IMG/VR virus record: IMGVR_UViG_3300037961_004224
Span: 32,001-96,000 of that record
Reading direction: 5' to 3' (one strand)
DNA length: 64,000 nucleotides
Source of the DNA: a virus
How positions within the stretch are numbered: the stretch's first letter is position 1; each line of letters starts with the position of its first letter. Shown here in pieces: positions 1 to 8,635 of the stretch. The position numbers and the translations under genes were made by a program. Under the pieces are notes generated by a model. It did no database searches, was not told the origin of the DNA, and saw nothing but the letters and a program-made list of their open reading frames with translations.

Positions 1-118
1 TTGCGGAGACCCACCGATTACAAATGGGTTGACTTAACTTTAAATTTTTTTTACAACAAATACAATTTAATTTGGGTCTTTAAAATGATTACCACATAGT
101 GTCACTTATGAAAATTAC

Positions 119-153
119 AACCCGTCTTGTTGTTACAGCAAGATGGGTTTTTT
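119..153 (+). terminator. Intrinsic terminator upstream of nrdA
   Basis: 13-bp stem aacccgtcttgtt/agcaagatgggtt (2 G-U pairs), loop gttac, followed by a T run. Confidence 0.75.
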
Positions 154-161
154 AATTAATA

Positions 162-167
162 ATGTAT
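162..167 (+). promoter_or_regulatory. Candidate phage promoter motif RTGTAW (ATGTAT)
   Basis: Begins 27 nt upstream of the nrdA ATG, just after a terminator; the same hexamer recurs in other intergenic gaps. Confidence 0.3.
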
Positions 168-188
168 TAGAGATAAATAGGGATAATA

Positions 189-2417
189 ATGCAAGTCACC
201 AAAAGAGATGGCAAGAAGGAAAGTTTTTCTGTAGAGAAAATTCATAAAGTGGTTGAGTGGGCAACTAAAGGTATAAATGGCGTTAGTTTTTCTGATATAG
301 AAATGAACGCAAATCTTTCCCTATATGATGGTATTTCAACAACAGAAATACATAAAATTTTAATAAAGTCGGCAAATGATTTAATATCAACTAGCTCTCC
401 TAATTATCAATACGTTGCTGCTAGACTTTTAAATATGGAGCTAAGAAAAGAAGTATGGGGCTATGGTGATCAACCTACTGATTTTTTGCTTTTCTTACAA
501 AGAAATACAGATAACGGACTGTACGATCCATTGATTTTAGAAAAATGGACTTCAAAAAAAATTGATCTACTAGGCAACTATATCAATCATTCCAGAGACG
601 ATTTATTTACATATGCTGGGTTGCAGCAAATGATTGACAAGTATCTTGTAAAAAATAGAAGCACTGGTCAAATTTATGAAACTCCGCAGTTTGCATATAT
701 GTGTATTGCTATGTGCCTATTTGATACTATAGACGAGGTAAAAAAAGCTTATGATTGCTACTCTACGTTTAAAATTAATCTTCCCACTCCTATTATGGCT
801 GGGGTTCGTACTAACATCCGTCAATTCGCAAGTTGTGTTTTGGTTGATGTTGACGATAACCTTGATGGTATATTTTCAAGTATTCATGCAGTTGGAAAGT
901 ATACGGCAAGAAGAGCAGGAATCGGACTCAACATCGGACGAATGAGACCAATAAACTCTCCGATTCGTGGGGGAGAAGTAATACATACCGGGGTAGTGCC
1001 ATATTTGAAAAATTTTGAGTCTGCCGTAAAGTCAACATCTCAAAACGGACTTCGTGGTGGATCTGCAACTGTTCACGTTCCGTTTTGGCACTATGAGATT
1101 GAAGACATAATGGTACTGAAAAATAATGCAGGAACAGATGACAACAGAGTAAGAAAATTAGATTATTCAATTCAATTTTGTAAGATTTTTTATGACAGAC
1201 TAATATCAAATGAAGATATAACATTATTCAGTCCACATGAAGCCAAAGGTTTATACGAAGCTTTCGGAGATAACGAAAAATTTGAAGAACTATATATTAA
1301 ATATGAAAATGCTAGGTCTTTGAAATTTAAAAAGAAAATACCAGCAAGAAAATTAGCTGAAATTTTTGCTAGAGAAAGATTGGAAACTGGAAGAATATAT
1401 AGTATGAATATTGATTCTGCAAATGACAATGGCTCATGGGATGTTCCAGTGTATATGTCAAATCTATGCCAAGAAATAATTCATCCAACAAAGCCCATAC
1501 AATCAATAAACGATGAAGAAGGTGAGATCGGAATTTGTATTCTTTCAGCTTTAAATCTTCTAGAACTTAGTAATGAAAAAGACATAGAAGACGCTTGTAG
1601 AATGGCAGTAAGAACTTTAGAGTCTATAATTGATTATCAAGATTATCCAGTGATTGCTGGTGAAAATTTTACAAAAAATCGTCGCTCTCTTGGAATTGGT
1701 ATTACTAACCTAGCTGGATTTTTAGCAAAGAATAAACTGACTTATGATAATCCAGCAGCATTAGAATTAATTCATGAAACTATGGAACAGATCCAATGGA
1801 ATTTAATTAATGCTAGTTGTGAGCTTGCAGAGGAAAAAGGAGCCTGTCCTAAATTTGAAGAAACAAAATACTCAAAAGGTTTGTTGCCAATCGACTGGTA
1901 CAAAAAAACAGTAGATGAATTAATTAAACCTCAATATAATATGGACTGGGAGGTGCTACGTGAAAAGGTTAAGAAACATGGACTACGACATTCTACTCTG
2001 TCTGCTATTATGCCTTGTGAATCTAGCAGTGTTATACAAAATAGCACAAACGGTATTGAACCAGTTCGTAGTCTTTTAATTCACAAAAAAGCAAAAAATG
2101 GAGTTTTGAAACAATTAGTACCGAATTACCACATGCGTAAAAATTATTACACGATGGCTTGGGATATGCCAGATAATAAAGGTATGATGAACGTTGCTGC
2201 TGTTATACAAAAATTTGTAGACATGAGCATGAGCACTAACTTATACTACAACTACTCACACTATGACGATGGTAATATTCCGTTAAGTATGTTAATTAAA
2301 GACCAGATATATGGTTATAAATATGGATTGAAAAACTTTTATTATGCCAATACGCCAGATGGCGATGGTGAGACTGAAAAAGAAATGAATTGCGAATCTG
2401 GAGCGTGTGCAATATGA
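189..2417 (+). CDS. nrdA: Ribonucleotide reductase class Ia alpha subunit with ATP-cone
   Basis: N-terminal ATP cone (VTKRDG), PTPIMAG, SCVL, NLCQE catalytic loop, PCESSS..NSTNGIEP, C-terminal YY and CESGAC redox pair. Confidence 0.97.
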   Translation: MQVTKRDGKKESFSVEKIHKVVEWATKGINGVSFSDIEMNANLSLYDGISTTEIHKILIKSANDLISTSSPNYQYVAARLLNMELRKEVWGYGDQPTDFLLFLQRNTDNGLYDPLILEKWTSKKIDLLGNYINHSRDDLFTYAGLQQMIDKYLVKNRSTGQIYETPQFAYMCIAMCLFDTIDEVKKAYDCYSTFKINLPTPIMAGVRTNIRQFASCVLVDVDDNLDGIFSSIHAVGKYTARRAGIGLNIGRMRPINSPIRGGEVIHTGVVPYLKNFESAVKSTSQNGLRGGSATVHVPFWHYEIEDIMVLKNNAGTDDNRVRKLDYSIQFCKIFYDRLISNEDITLFSPHEAKGLYEAFGDNEKFEELYIKYENARSLKFKKKIPARKLAEIFARERLETGRIYSMNIDSANDNGSWDVPVYMSNLCQEIIHPTKPIQSINDEEGEIGICILSALNLLELSNEKDIEDACRMAVRTLESIIDYQDYPVIAGENFTKNRRSLGIGITNLAGFLAKNKLTYDNPAALELIHETMEQIQWNLINASCELAEEKGACPKFEETKYSKGLLPIDWYKKTVDELIKPQYNMDWEVLREKVKKHGLRHSTLSAIMPCESSSVIQNSTNGIEPVRSLLIHKKAKNGVLKQLVPNYHMRKNYYTMAWDMPDNKGMMNVAAVIQKFVDMSMSTNLYYNYSHYDDGNIPLSMLIKDQIYGYKYGLKNFYYANTPDGDGETEKEMNCESGACAI

Positions 2418-3484
2418 AAACTATTTTTAATACAAAAAACATAGACCCTATGAGTCAGCCATTGTTTCTAGGCAAAGACTTAGGTGTTCAAAGATATGAT
2501 GTAGTAAAATATCCGATCTTCAAAAGTCTTGATAGCAAGCAGATGATGAACTTCTGGAGACCAGAAGAAATCGAACTAAAAAAAGATCGTGCAGATTTTC
2601 AGACATTGACCGATAATGAAAAGTTTATCTTTACCAGTAATCTAAAATATCAAACAATGCTAGACAGTGTTATCTGTAGAGGTGTTCCGACTCTTCTTGA
2701 ATTTGTCACAAACACAGAGCTTGAAGCGTGCATGATGACTTGGCAGTTCTTTGAAAAGATTCATTCGCAAAGTTATAGTTATGTTATTCAAAATGTATTC
2801 GCAGATAGCTCAGAAGTTTTTGGCGGAATCTATGAAGATAAAGAAATTATGAAACGTGCAAATAGTGCTATTGCAGACTACAATAATTTGATGGGAATGG
2901 CCTGCCCTACTACTAAATTATCTGAGCTAAAAAAACAAATTTATATGACGATTGTAAGCATTAATATTCTAGAAGCCATACGATTTTATGTAAGTTTTGT
3001 TTGTAGCTTTGCTTTTGCAGAAAATAAAAAGATGGTAGGCAATGCTGATATAATTAAATTAATAAAACGTGATGAGGCTTTACATTTGTCAAGCACTCAA
3101 AATATTCTTAAAATTCTACATACAGAAGAATCAGAAGGATTTAAGACTACAGCAAAGCAGTGTCAAGATGCAGCAATAAAAATGTTTGAACATGCCGCAG
3201 CAGAGGAAAAAGAATGGGCTTCATACTTGTTTAAAGACGGATCAATCATTGGTCTAAACGAGGCTGTGCTTCATCAGTACATTGACTGGCTATGCATGAG
3301 CAGAAGGAAAGCAATTGGGCTACCATACGATAATGCTGGTAAAAATCCTATCGCTGGTTGGACTCAAGCTTGGATGCAAAGCGAGAGTGTACAGGTAGCA
3401 CCTCAAGAACATGAAATAACTAGCTACAAAATCGGTGCTAGTAAGAACGATTTAGAAGATATGGATTTAGGAGACTTACTTTGA
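2414..3484 (+). CDS. nrdB: Ribonucleotide reductase class Ia beta subunit
   Basis: FWRPEEI, LDSV, EKIHSQSY (Fe ligands and radical Tyr), EAIRFY, DEALH; ATG at 2414 overlaps the nrdA stop (ATGA), so this start is preferred over 2390. Confidence 0.96.
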   Translation: MKTIFNTKNIDPMSQPLFLGKDLGVQRYDVVKYPIFKSLDSKQMMNFWRPEEIELKKDRADFQTLTDNEKFIFTSNLKYQTMLDSVICRGVPTLLEFVTNTELEACMMTWQFFEKIHSQSYSYVIQNVFADSSEVFGGIYEDKEIMKRANSAIADYNNLMGMACPTTKLSELKKQIYMTIVSINILEAIRFYVSFVCSFAFAENKKMVGNADIIKLIKRDEALHLSSTQNILKILHTEESEGFKTTAKQCQDAAIKMFEHAAAEEKEWASYLFKDGSIIGLNEAVLHQYIDWLCMSRRKAIGLPYDNAGKNPIAGWTQAWMQSESVQVAPQEHEITSYKIGASKNDLEDMDLGDLL

Positions 3485-3918
3485 GAATAGGAATTATATC
3501 AGGATATTTTAATCCGGTACACACAGGGCACTTGGATTATATAGAGGGTGCAAAAAGAGAATGTGATTTTTTGTACGTTATTGTAAATAATGACGATCAG
3601 GTTAATTACAAAGGTTCTACAAAATTTATGGATGAAGAGTCTAGGGTAAGAATAGTTTCTGCATTCGGGTGTGTTGATAGGGCTATTCTTTCTATAGATG
3701 ATAATCCTACTGTGGTTAAAACTATATCACAAATTTATAGAATGCATCGAGATGATCCATTTATAGAAAGTTTTTCATTCATGAATGGTGGAGATAGAAA
3801 ACAAGGAAACACGCCAGAATCTGATTTTTGCAAAAAAAATAATATAAATTTAATTTATAATGTTGGTGGTGATAAAACTGAGTCTTCTAGCACATTACTT
3901 AAAAATGTGAAAAGTTAA
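3481..3918 (+). CDS. HIGH-superfamily cytidylyltransferase (TagD/RfaE-II-like)
   Basis: GYFNPVHTGH (GxFDxxHxGH variant), C-terminal GGDKTESSS; TTG start overlaps the nrdB stop. Confidence 0.85.
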   Translation: MRIGIISGYFNPVHTGHLDYIEGAKRECDFLYVIVNNDDQVNYKGSTKFMDEESRVRIVSAFGCVDRAILSIDDNPTVVKTISQIYRMHRDDPFIESFSFMNGGDRKQGNTPESDFCKKNNINLIYNVGGDKTESSSTLLKNVKS

Positions 3919-3929
3919 TAACATTAAAG

Positions 3930-3935
3930 GTGTAT
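3930..3935 (+). promoter_or_regulatory. Candidate phage promoter motif GTGTAT
   Basis: Intergenic, 49 nt upstream of the protease ATG. Confidence 0.3.
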
Positions 3936-3978
3936 ATATAAATGGTATAGTTCTTTAATTTAAAGAAAGGGGACAAGT

Positions 3979-4905
3979 ATGAGCGACTTTAACACTCCAG
4001 ATGAGCTTATCAAAGCTTATGAGGATGGGTTTGTTGGTGGTGAATGTGACCCAGAAGATGTAATGGCATTGTTAGGAGAATTACCAATGCCTTTGTTCGG
4101 TGCTGCTGCATGGGACTTAGATTCTTCAGGTGCTGGAAAATTAAGCACACCATTTAAATCTTTACTAAAATTTGTTAAAGATTTTGGACCTTCCGAAAGA
4201 CAAACTACGGGAGACTGTGTTTCTCACTCAACAAGAAATGCCGTGGATATTACAAGGGCAGTTGAGATAGACATAAAAGGAGAAGCTGAGTCTTTTGAAG
4301 CCCGTGGAGCCACTGAGGGCATATATCAGTCCAGAGGACATATGGGACAAGGTATGACATGTTCTGGTTCTGCTAGATATGTCAATAAAACAGGTGGAAT
4401 CTTGTTAAGAAAAAATTATGGAGATGTTGACTTATCAAAATATAATTCTACTCTAGGTGCTAAGAAAAGAATACCTAATGACATTTATGTTACAGAAGCT
4501 AAAAAGCATCAAGTAAAAACTATCTCTCTTGTAACTACTATAGAAGAAGCAAGGGATGCCCTCGCTAACGGCTACGCTTTGTCGTGCTGTAGTCAAGTCG
4601 GATTTACTTCTATGAGAGATAAAAATGGAATATCCAATAGAAAAGGATCTTGGGCACACGCTATGGCATGGATTGCGTGCGATGACACTCGTAAAGTATA
4701 TGATGAAACCTTGTTCCTAATACAGAATAGCTGGGGCAAATGGAATAGTGGTCCCAAGGTTCATGGTCAACCAGACGGAAGCTTCTGGGTTAGAGAAAAA
4801 GATGCAAGGTCTATATTGAATGCAAGAGGTTCTTTTGTATTTAGTGATGTTGATGGTTTTCCTGCAAGACAATTGCCTGATTATGGCTTAGGAGGGTGGG
4901 TATAA
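3979..4905 (+). CDS. Papain-like (C1 family) cysteine peptidase
   Basis: QTTGDCVSH (oxyanion Gln + catalytic Cys), WAHAMAW (His), IQNSWG (Asn); no obvious signal peptide. Confidence 0.88.
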   Translation: MSDFNTPDELIKAYEDGFVGGECDPEDVMALLGELPMPLFGAAAWDLDSSGAGKLSTPFKSLLKFVKDFGPSERQTTGDCVSHSTRNAVDITRAVEIDIKGEAESFEARGATEGIYQSRGHMGQGMTCSGSARYVNKTGGILLRKNYGDVDLSKYNSTLGAKKRIPNDIYVTEAKKHQVKTISLVTTIEEARDALANGYALSCCSQVGFTSMRDKNGISNRKGSWAHAMAWIACDDTRKVYDETLFLIQNSWGKWNSGPKVHGQPDGSFWVREKDARSILNARGSFVFSDVDGFPARQLPDYGLGGWV

Positions 4906-5744
4906 TGAAAGATATTGATATAAGAATGTGGTTGGGGATTATACTTCTTCTTGTAGGGTTATTCTACAAAGGTGGTTTCCCAATAAATATTCCAGTTGTA
5001 AAGCCTAAATTACCTGCACCAGAACAATCAATTATTGATTTAGTTGATACCCTTCCGAATATAGGCGATCCTGTTGACGCAAATAAACTTGCGGGTACTT
5101 TTTACGCTATGTCGCAAAAAATTCCAGAAATGGAAATTAATTCCAACCTACAGGTTCAATATTTTTTGGATTATGTTGGTACAAATACCATAAAAGATGA
5201 ATTATTTCAAGATGGTGAAAAAAAATATCCAGATTTTTCTCCTGCTGCTGCAAATTTGATAGAAAAAACTATTGGTCCTCAAACAGAAACTGAGGCTCTT
5301 ACAGATGAAGAAAAACAAAATTTGTCAAAGTTGTTGTACGGATTTGCTTGGAAAATGTATGATAAAAATCAAGATAATGTATTTGAATCTTATAAATCTA
5401 AAGCTCTTTCCTCAATCGCAGAGTATAATAAAGAAGACGAAACACCTGATCCAGAACCAGACACAGACTGTCCGTGTGAAGGTAAAGGTTATATAATACA
5501 TGGAGATGGTCATCGCACAGATTGTCCATGTATAGAGTCTGGAAAAAAGTGTGAATGTAATCCAAAATGTGGTAGCGTAAAGGCTTCAGACGAGATACAG
5601 TGCCAATGTGTTTCAAAAGAAAGAAAAACCAAATGTGGTTGCGTTAAAGCATATGGAAAATGTTCCTGTCCTAAGTCATCATCAGAAAATGTGAAAAATA
5701 AATGCTCTTTTGTTAGAGGTATATTTGGATGGAGAAAAATATGA
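4905..5744 (+). CDS. Membrane-anchored protein with Cys-rich (CxC) C-terminal tail
   Basis: N-terminal hydrophobic helix WLGIILLLVGLFY; 14 Cys in the last ~85 aa; GGAGG SD 9 nt before ATG 4905 (TAATG overlap). Confidence 0.8.
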   Translation: MKDIDIRMWLGIILLLVGLFYKGGFPINIPVVKPKLPAPEQSIIDLVDTLPNIGDPVDANKLAGTFYAMSQKIPEMEINSNLQVQYFLDYVGTNTIKDELFQDGEKKYPDFSPAAANLIEKTIGPQTETEALTDEEKQNLSKLLYGFAWKMYDKNQDNVFESYKSKALSSIAEYNKEDETPDPEPDTDCPCEGKGYIIHGDGHRTDCPCIESGKKCECNPKCGSVKASDEIQCQCVSKERKTKCGCVKAYGKCSCPKSSSENVKNKCSFVRGIFGWRKI

Positions 5745-6097
5745 AACTAGAAGAATATGTTTCGCAGTTAGCGTGGATGGTTCATAATGATGTAAAGATT
5801 AAAGCGAGAAAAGATGAATATAAAATTGATCCACTAACGGTCATCACTATCATAAGTCTTATCTTGGAAGTAGTAAAATGGTTCATCAAAAATTATGGTG
5901 ACAACCCTGAAAAATTAGCTGAATCATTTGGGAATATGAATTTAGTCCAGAAATGGATAGTCTGGAGATGTATAAGAAGGGAGTCTGACGATAGACAAGA
6001 GGCTCGTTATATTTATGATTCTTTGGTAAAACTATCAGAGAAAATGTCTCTAGAAGACCGTGTTAAACTTTTTACCCTAAAGGAGAGTGAACTATGA
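5741..6097 (+). CDS. Hypothetical protein with one hydrophobic helix
   Basis: IDPLTVITIISLILEVVKWF segment; ATGA overlap with the upstream gene, GGAG SD. Confidence 0.7.
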   Translation: MKLEEYVSQLAWMVHNDVKIKARKDEYKIDPLTVITIISLILEVVKWFIKNYGDNPEKLAESFGNMNLVQKWIVWRCIRRESDDRQEARYIYDSLVKLSEKMSLEDRVKLFTLKESEL

Positions 6098-6270
6098 ACA
6101 AAGTTACTTCACTTTTGAAATCCAGACGTTTCTGGGTAGCCGCTGCTGGCCTTGCCGCTGTGTGCTCTCAAGAAGCATTTGGTGTGGAGCTTGATACCGA
6201 TCAACTTGTTGCTGTCGCAACAATTGTAGTTGCTTGGATTGTCGGTGACACTGTACGCGAAACTAAGTAA
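6094..6270 (+). CDS. Small two-TM holin-like protein (58 aa, absent from the ORF track)
   Basis: MNKVTSLLKSRRFWVAAAGLAAVCSQEAFGVELDTDQLVAVATIVVAWIVGDTVRETK; AAGGAG SD, ATGA overlap; basic N-terminus, two hydrophobic helices, charged C-terminus. Confidence 0.75.
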   Translation: MNKVTSLLKSRRFWVAAAGLAAVCSQEAFGVELDTDQLVAVATIVVAWIVGDTVRETK

Positions 6271-6292
6271 TTATTGATCAAGGAGAAACGAT

Positions 6293-6610
6293 ATGGAAAC
6301 AGTATTGAGTTTCTTTAGAGGGCTTGATGCTTTTCAATGGGTTTTGATAGTTGCGGGTCTTGTTCTTTTGTGGCCAAACATTCAAGAACGACTTGTTAAA
6401 TTGTTTACGAAAACAGAAAATGAAACAGAAGATGTTGAAGTTCCTGTTATCGACAATGAGACAATTAAAAAAGACGACCTTACATCTTTAGTTTATAAAT
6501 GGGAAGTTCTATATGAATCTTGCCGTCAGCATGATCTTAACGATGCTTGCAATAAATTAAAAGAAGTGTTTCCAATGCTAATCAAGCCTTACGAAAAATA
6601 TGATGCTTGA
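6293..6610 (+). CDS. Membrane protein, N-terminal TM plus helical C-terminus
   Basis: FQWVLIVAGLVLLWPNI TM; AAGGAG SD. Confidence 0.75.
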   Translation: METVLSFFRGLDAFQWVLIVAGLVLLWPNIQERLVKLFTKTENETEDVEVPVIDNETIKKDDLTSLVYKWEVLYESCRQHDLNDACNKLKEVFPMLIKPYEKYDA

Positions 6611-6629
6611 TCAATTTTACACATAGAAT

Positions 6630-6674
6630 GAGCTATCATGATATCTTTATGGTGTCGTGAATAGCTCTTTTTTT
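6630..6674 (+). terminator. Strong intrinsic terminator closing the protease/membrane cassette
   Basis: 16-bp stem gagctat-catgatatc / ggtgtcgtg-a-atagctc (3 G-U pairs, 1 bulge), loop tttat, then 7 T. Confidence 0.8.
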
Positions 6675-6707
6675 ATTTATAACTCAAAAAATAAAATTAA
6701 ATGCAAA

Positions 6708-7241
6708 ATGAATCACAAGCCATGTTTAATATTAAACCAAGACTACACACCACTGACTATAATAAACTGGAAAAGATCAATATGCTTAGAAATAATAGGA
6801 AATGAAATGCCCGGAGAGGGTGTCATTGTTTTAGAACATTACGAAGATGATTTCGTAAAGTCTAGCGGTGGTATTAAATATTTTATACCTGCGGTGGCAG
6901 TAACATCAAGGTATATCAAAAGACAAAGGAACATTAAATTAAAAAAAACAAATTTATTAATAAGAGACAATTCAACATGTCAGTATTGCAATTTAAAACT
7001 TTCTGCAAAAAATACAACGATAGACCATGTAAAGCCTAAAAGTCACTTTCAAACAAAAGAAGATGCTCACACTTGGGATAATGTAGTCATAGCTTGCTCC
7101 AGATGCAATACAAAGAAGGCAAATAAAACATTAGAACAATCAGGCATGAAATTATTAAAACAGCCTAGAAAGCCAAACCCGAATAACTTTTTTTCATTCT
7201 TAAACTTTCCTATTCCAGAAGAATGGAGCATTTATGTTTGA
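6708..7241 (+). CDS. HNH endonuclease (McrA/HNH_5-like)
   Basis: CQYC..TIDHVKP..WDNVVIACSRCNTKK; N-terminal LILNQDYTPL; the GTG at 6657 lies inside the terminator, so ATG 6708 is preferred. Confidence 0.9.
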   Translation: MNHKPCLILNQDYTPLTIINWKRSICLEIIGNEMPGEGVIVLEHYEDDFVKSSGGIKYFIPAVAVTSRYIKRQRNIKLKKTNLLIRDNSTCQYCNLKLSAKNTTIDHVKPKSHFQTKEDAHTWDNVVIACSRCNTKKANKTLEQSGMKLLKQPRKPNPNNFFSFLNFPIPEEWSIYV

Positions 7242-7446
7242 GACTAGACGTTGTGATAATTGTAAACGTATGCTAGAGCATGGCCAAAAAGTGACAGTGA
7301 TTATACCCGATGTGGAATTAGAAGGAAGATATATAAAAAATCGTGAAGGATTTAATTTAAAACTATCCAACGATGGTGTTGAAATTAGAACCTCTAAGGT
7401 ATATTGTAAGGAATGTTTAGACATTAAAAAACATTTCCCGGAATAA
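7234..7446 (+). CDS. Small Zn-finger protein
   Basis: CDNC ... CKEC pairs; overlaps the HNH stop. Confidence 0.6.
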   Translation: MFETRRCDNCKRMLEHGQKVTVIIPDVELEGRYIKNREGFNLKLSNDGVEIRTSKVYCKECLDIKKHFPE

Positions 7447-7490
7447 AAGTGGAAATTTAATAACAAACGTCATATAAAATAAAAATATTA

Positions 7491-7496
7491 GTGTAA
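7491..7496 (+). promoter_or_regulatory. Candidate phage promoter motif GTGTAA
   Basis: Intergenic, 28 nt upstream of ATG 7519 (AAGGAG SD). Confidence 0.3.
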
Positions 7497-7518
7497 ACAA
7501 GGATATTAAGGAGTAAAA

Positions 7519-7899
7519 ATGCCAGAATATAGTTTTAATTGTTCAGAATGCGATTTAGCTTTTTCTGAGGTTTGGTCAATATCAGAGTATGATTGTAAAA
7601 TAAACAAAGTGATTTGTCCAGAATGCCAAAGCAGCAATGTTTTTAGAGACTTTGCAGAAGATAGAGTGGTTTCAAATTATGTTAAAGGTCTTCATGAAGC
7701 GTCAACGCTTGGAGAATACGCCGATAAACAAGTTAAAAAATTAGGCAAGTCTAAGGTTGAGCAAATGAGAAGAGACCAAAAAACTAAAAAGAATAAAACA
7801 CTTGAGAGCAAGCTTCCGAGTGGCATGAGCAAAACTTCTTATGAAAATACTGCAAGAATTTCAAAATCAGAAATGTTAAAAAGAAGGAATGGTAAATGA
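7519..7899 (+). CDS. FmdB-family zinc-ribbon regulatory protein
   Basis: MPEYSFNCSEC...CPECQS N-terminal signature. Confidence 0.75.
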   Translation: MPEYSFNCSECDLAFSEVWSISEYDCKINKVICPECQSSNVFRDFAEDRVVSNYVKGLHEASTLGEYADKQVKKLGKSKVEQMRRDQKTKKNKTLESKLPSGMSKTSYENTARISKSEMLKRRNGK

Positions 7900-8291
7900 C
7901 AACTTTTAAAATCAACAAAGAGCGTGAAGATGATGTTCTTCCCGATGCAGAAGTGTACACCTTTTCAGGTGAGCATGATATGATTAACGGTGAGGGGTAT
8001 CCTGTCTTAGATTTGTCGTATGAAGATGATATATTTCAAGACCCAGATGCATACGCAGTCAAAATAACAAAAGGTCAAAAAATAAATTACTATGTAAAAA
8101 GAGGAAAGTATGGTAAGCTTTTCAATCCAATTGGAATGTATTCTGAAGGCAGGAAGAGACAACAAATGCGTCACGCAGGAAGACCAGAATGGAGACTTGA
8201 GCATACGACAGAAAAAATATTTAACTACTACATCAATTTTCTAAAAACTAAAAATTTGGCATGGCTAAACAATGCAGAGAGGGAAGTATAA
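7896..8291 (+). CDS. Hypothetical protein
   Basis: Coupled ORF (ATGA overlap), no recognised motif. Confidence 0.65.
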   Translation: MTTFKINKEREDDVLPDAEVYTFSGEHDMINGEGYPVLDLSYEDDIFQDPDAYAVKITKGQKINYYVKRGKYGKLFNPIGMYSEGRKRQQMRHAGRPEWRLEHTTEKIFNYYINFLKTKNLAWLNNAEREV

Positions 8292-8635
8292 TGAGCAAAG
8301 GAAAAGTAACAGAACAAGAAGCTTGGGTTATGAAGGGTATGTACAGCGATGGTATTTCAATTAAAGAAATATCTAAAAGGCTTTCACGTTCACAGTCTAC
8401 AGTAGAAAAATATTTAGACATAAAAGAACAAGAGCAAGAAGAGCCAGTAAAAGAACATAACAAAAATGATACAACTATGTTTGTTCGCAGTTCAGCAGCA
8501 AAAAATAATAACGGTGTTACTATAATGACCGATGCAGAATCTTCAAGATCAGATTTTATGAGAGGCAAAAGACCGAGTACAATTGGCAATAAGCTTCAAA
8601 GCAATATTCATAAAATCTCGGAAGAAGATGGCTAA
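8291..8635 (+). CDS. Helix-turn-helix DNA-binding protein
   Basis: GISIKEISKRLSRSQSTVEKYL HTH; TAATG overlap gives start 8291. Confidence 0.7.
   Translation: MSKGKVTEQEAWVMKGMYSDGISIKEISKRLSRSQSTVEKYLDIKEQEQEEPVKEHNKNDTTMFVRSSAAKNNNGVTIMTDAESSRSDFMRGKRPSTIGNKLQSNIHKISEEDG

Noticed and set aside
85-110. NrdR box upstream of nrdA (accacatagtgt)
   Set aside because: Poor match to the 16-bp palindrome, single copy, and upstream of a terminator
4905-6610. Canonical two-component spanin
   Set aside because: No lipobox-bearing outer-membrane lipoprotein or nested Rz/Rz1 arrangement recognised
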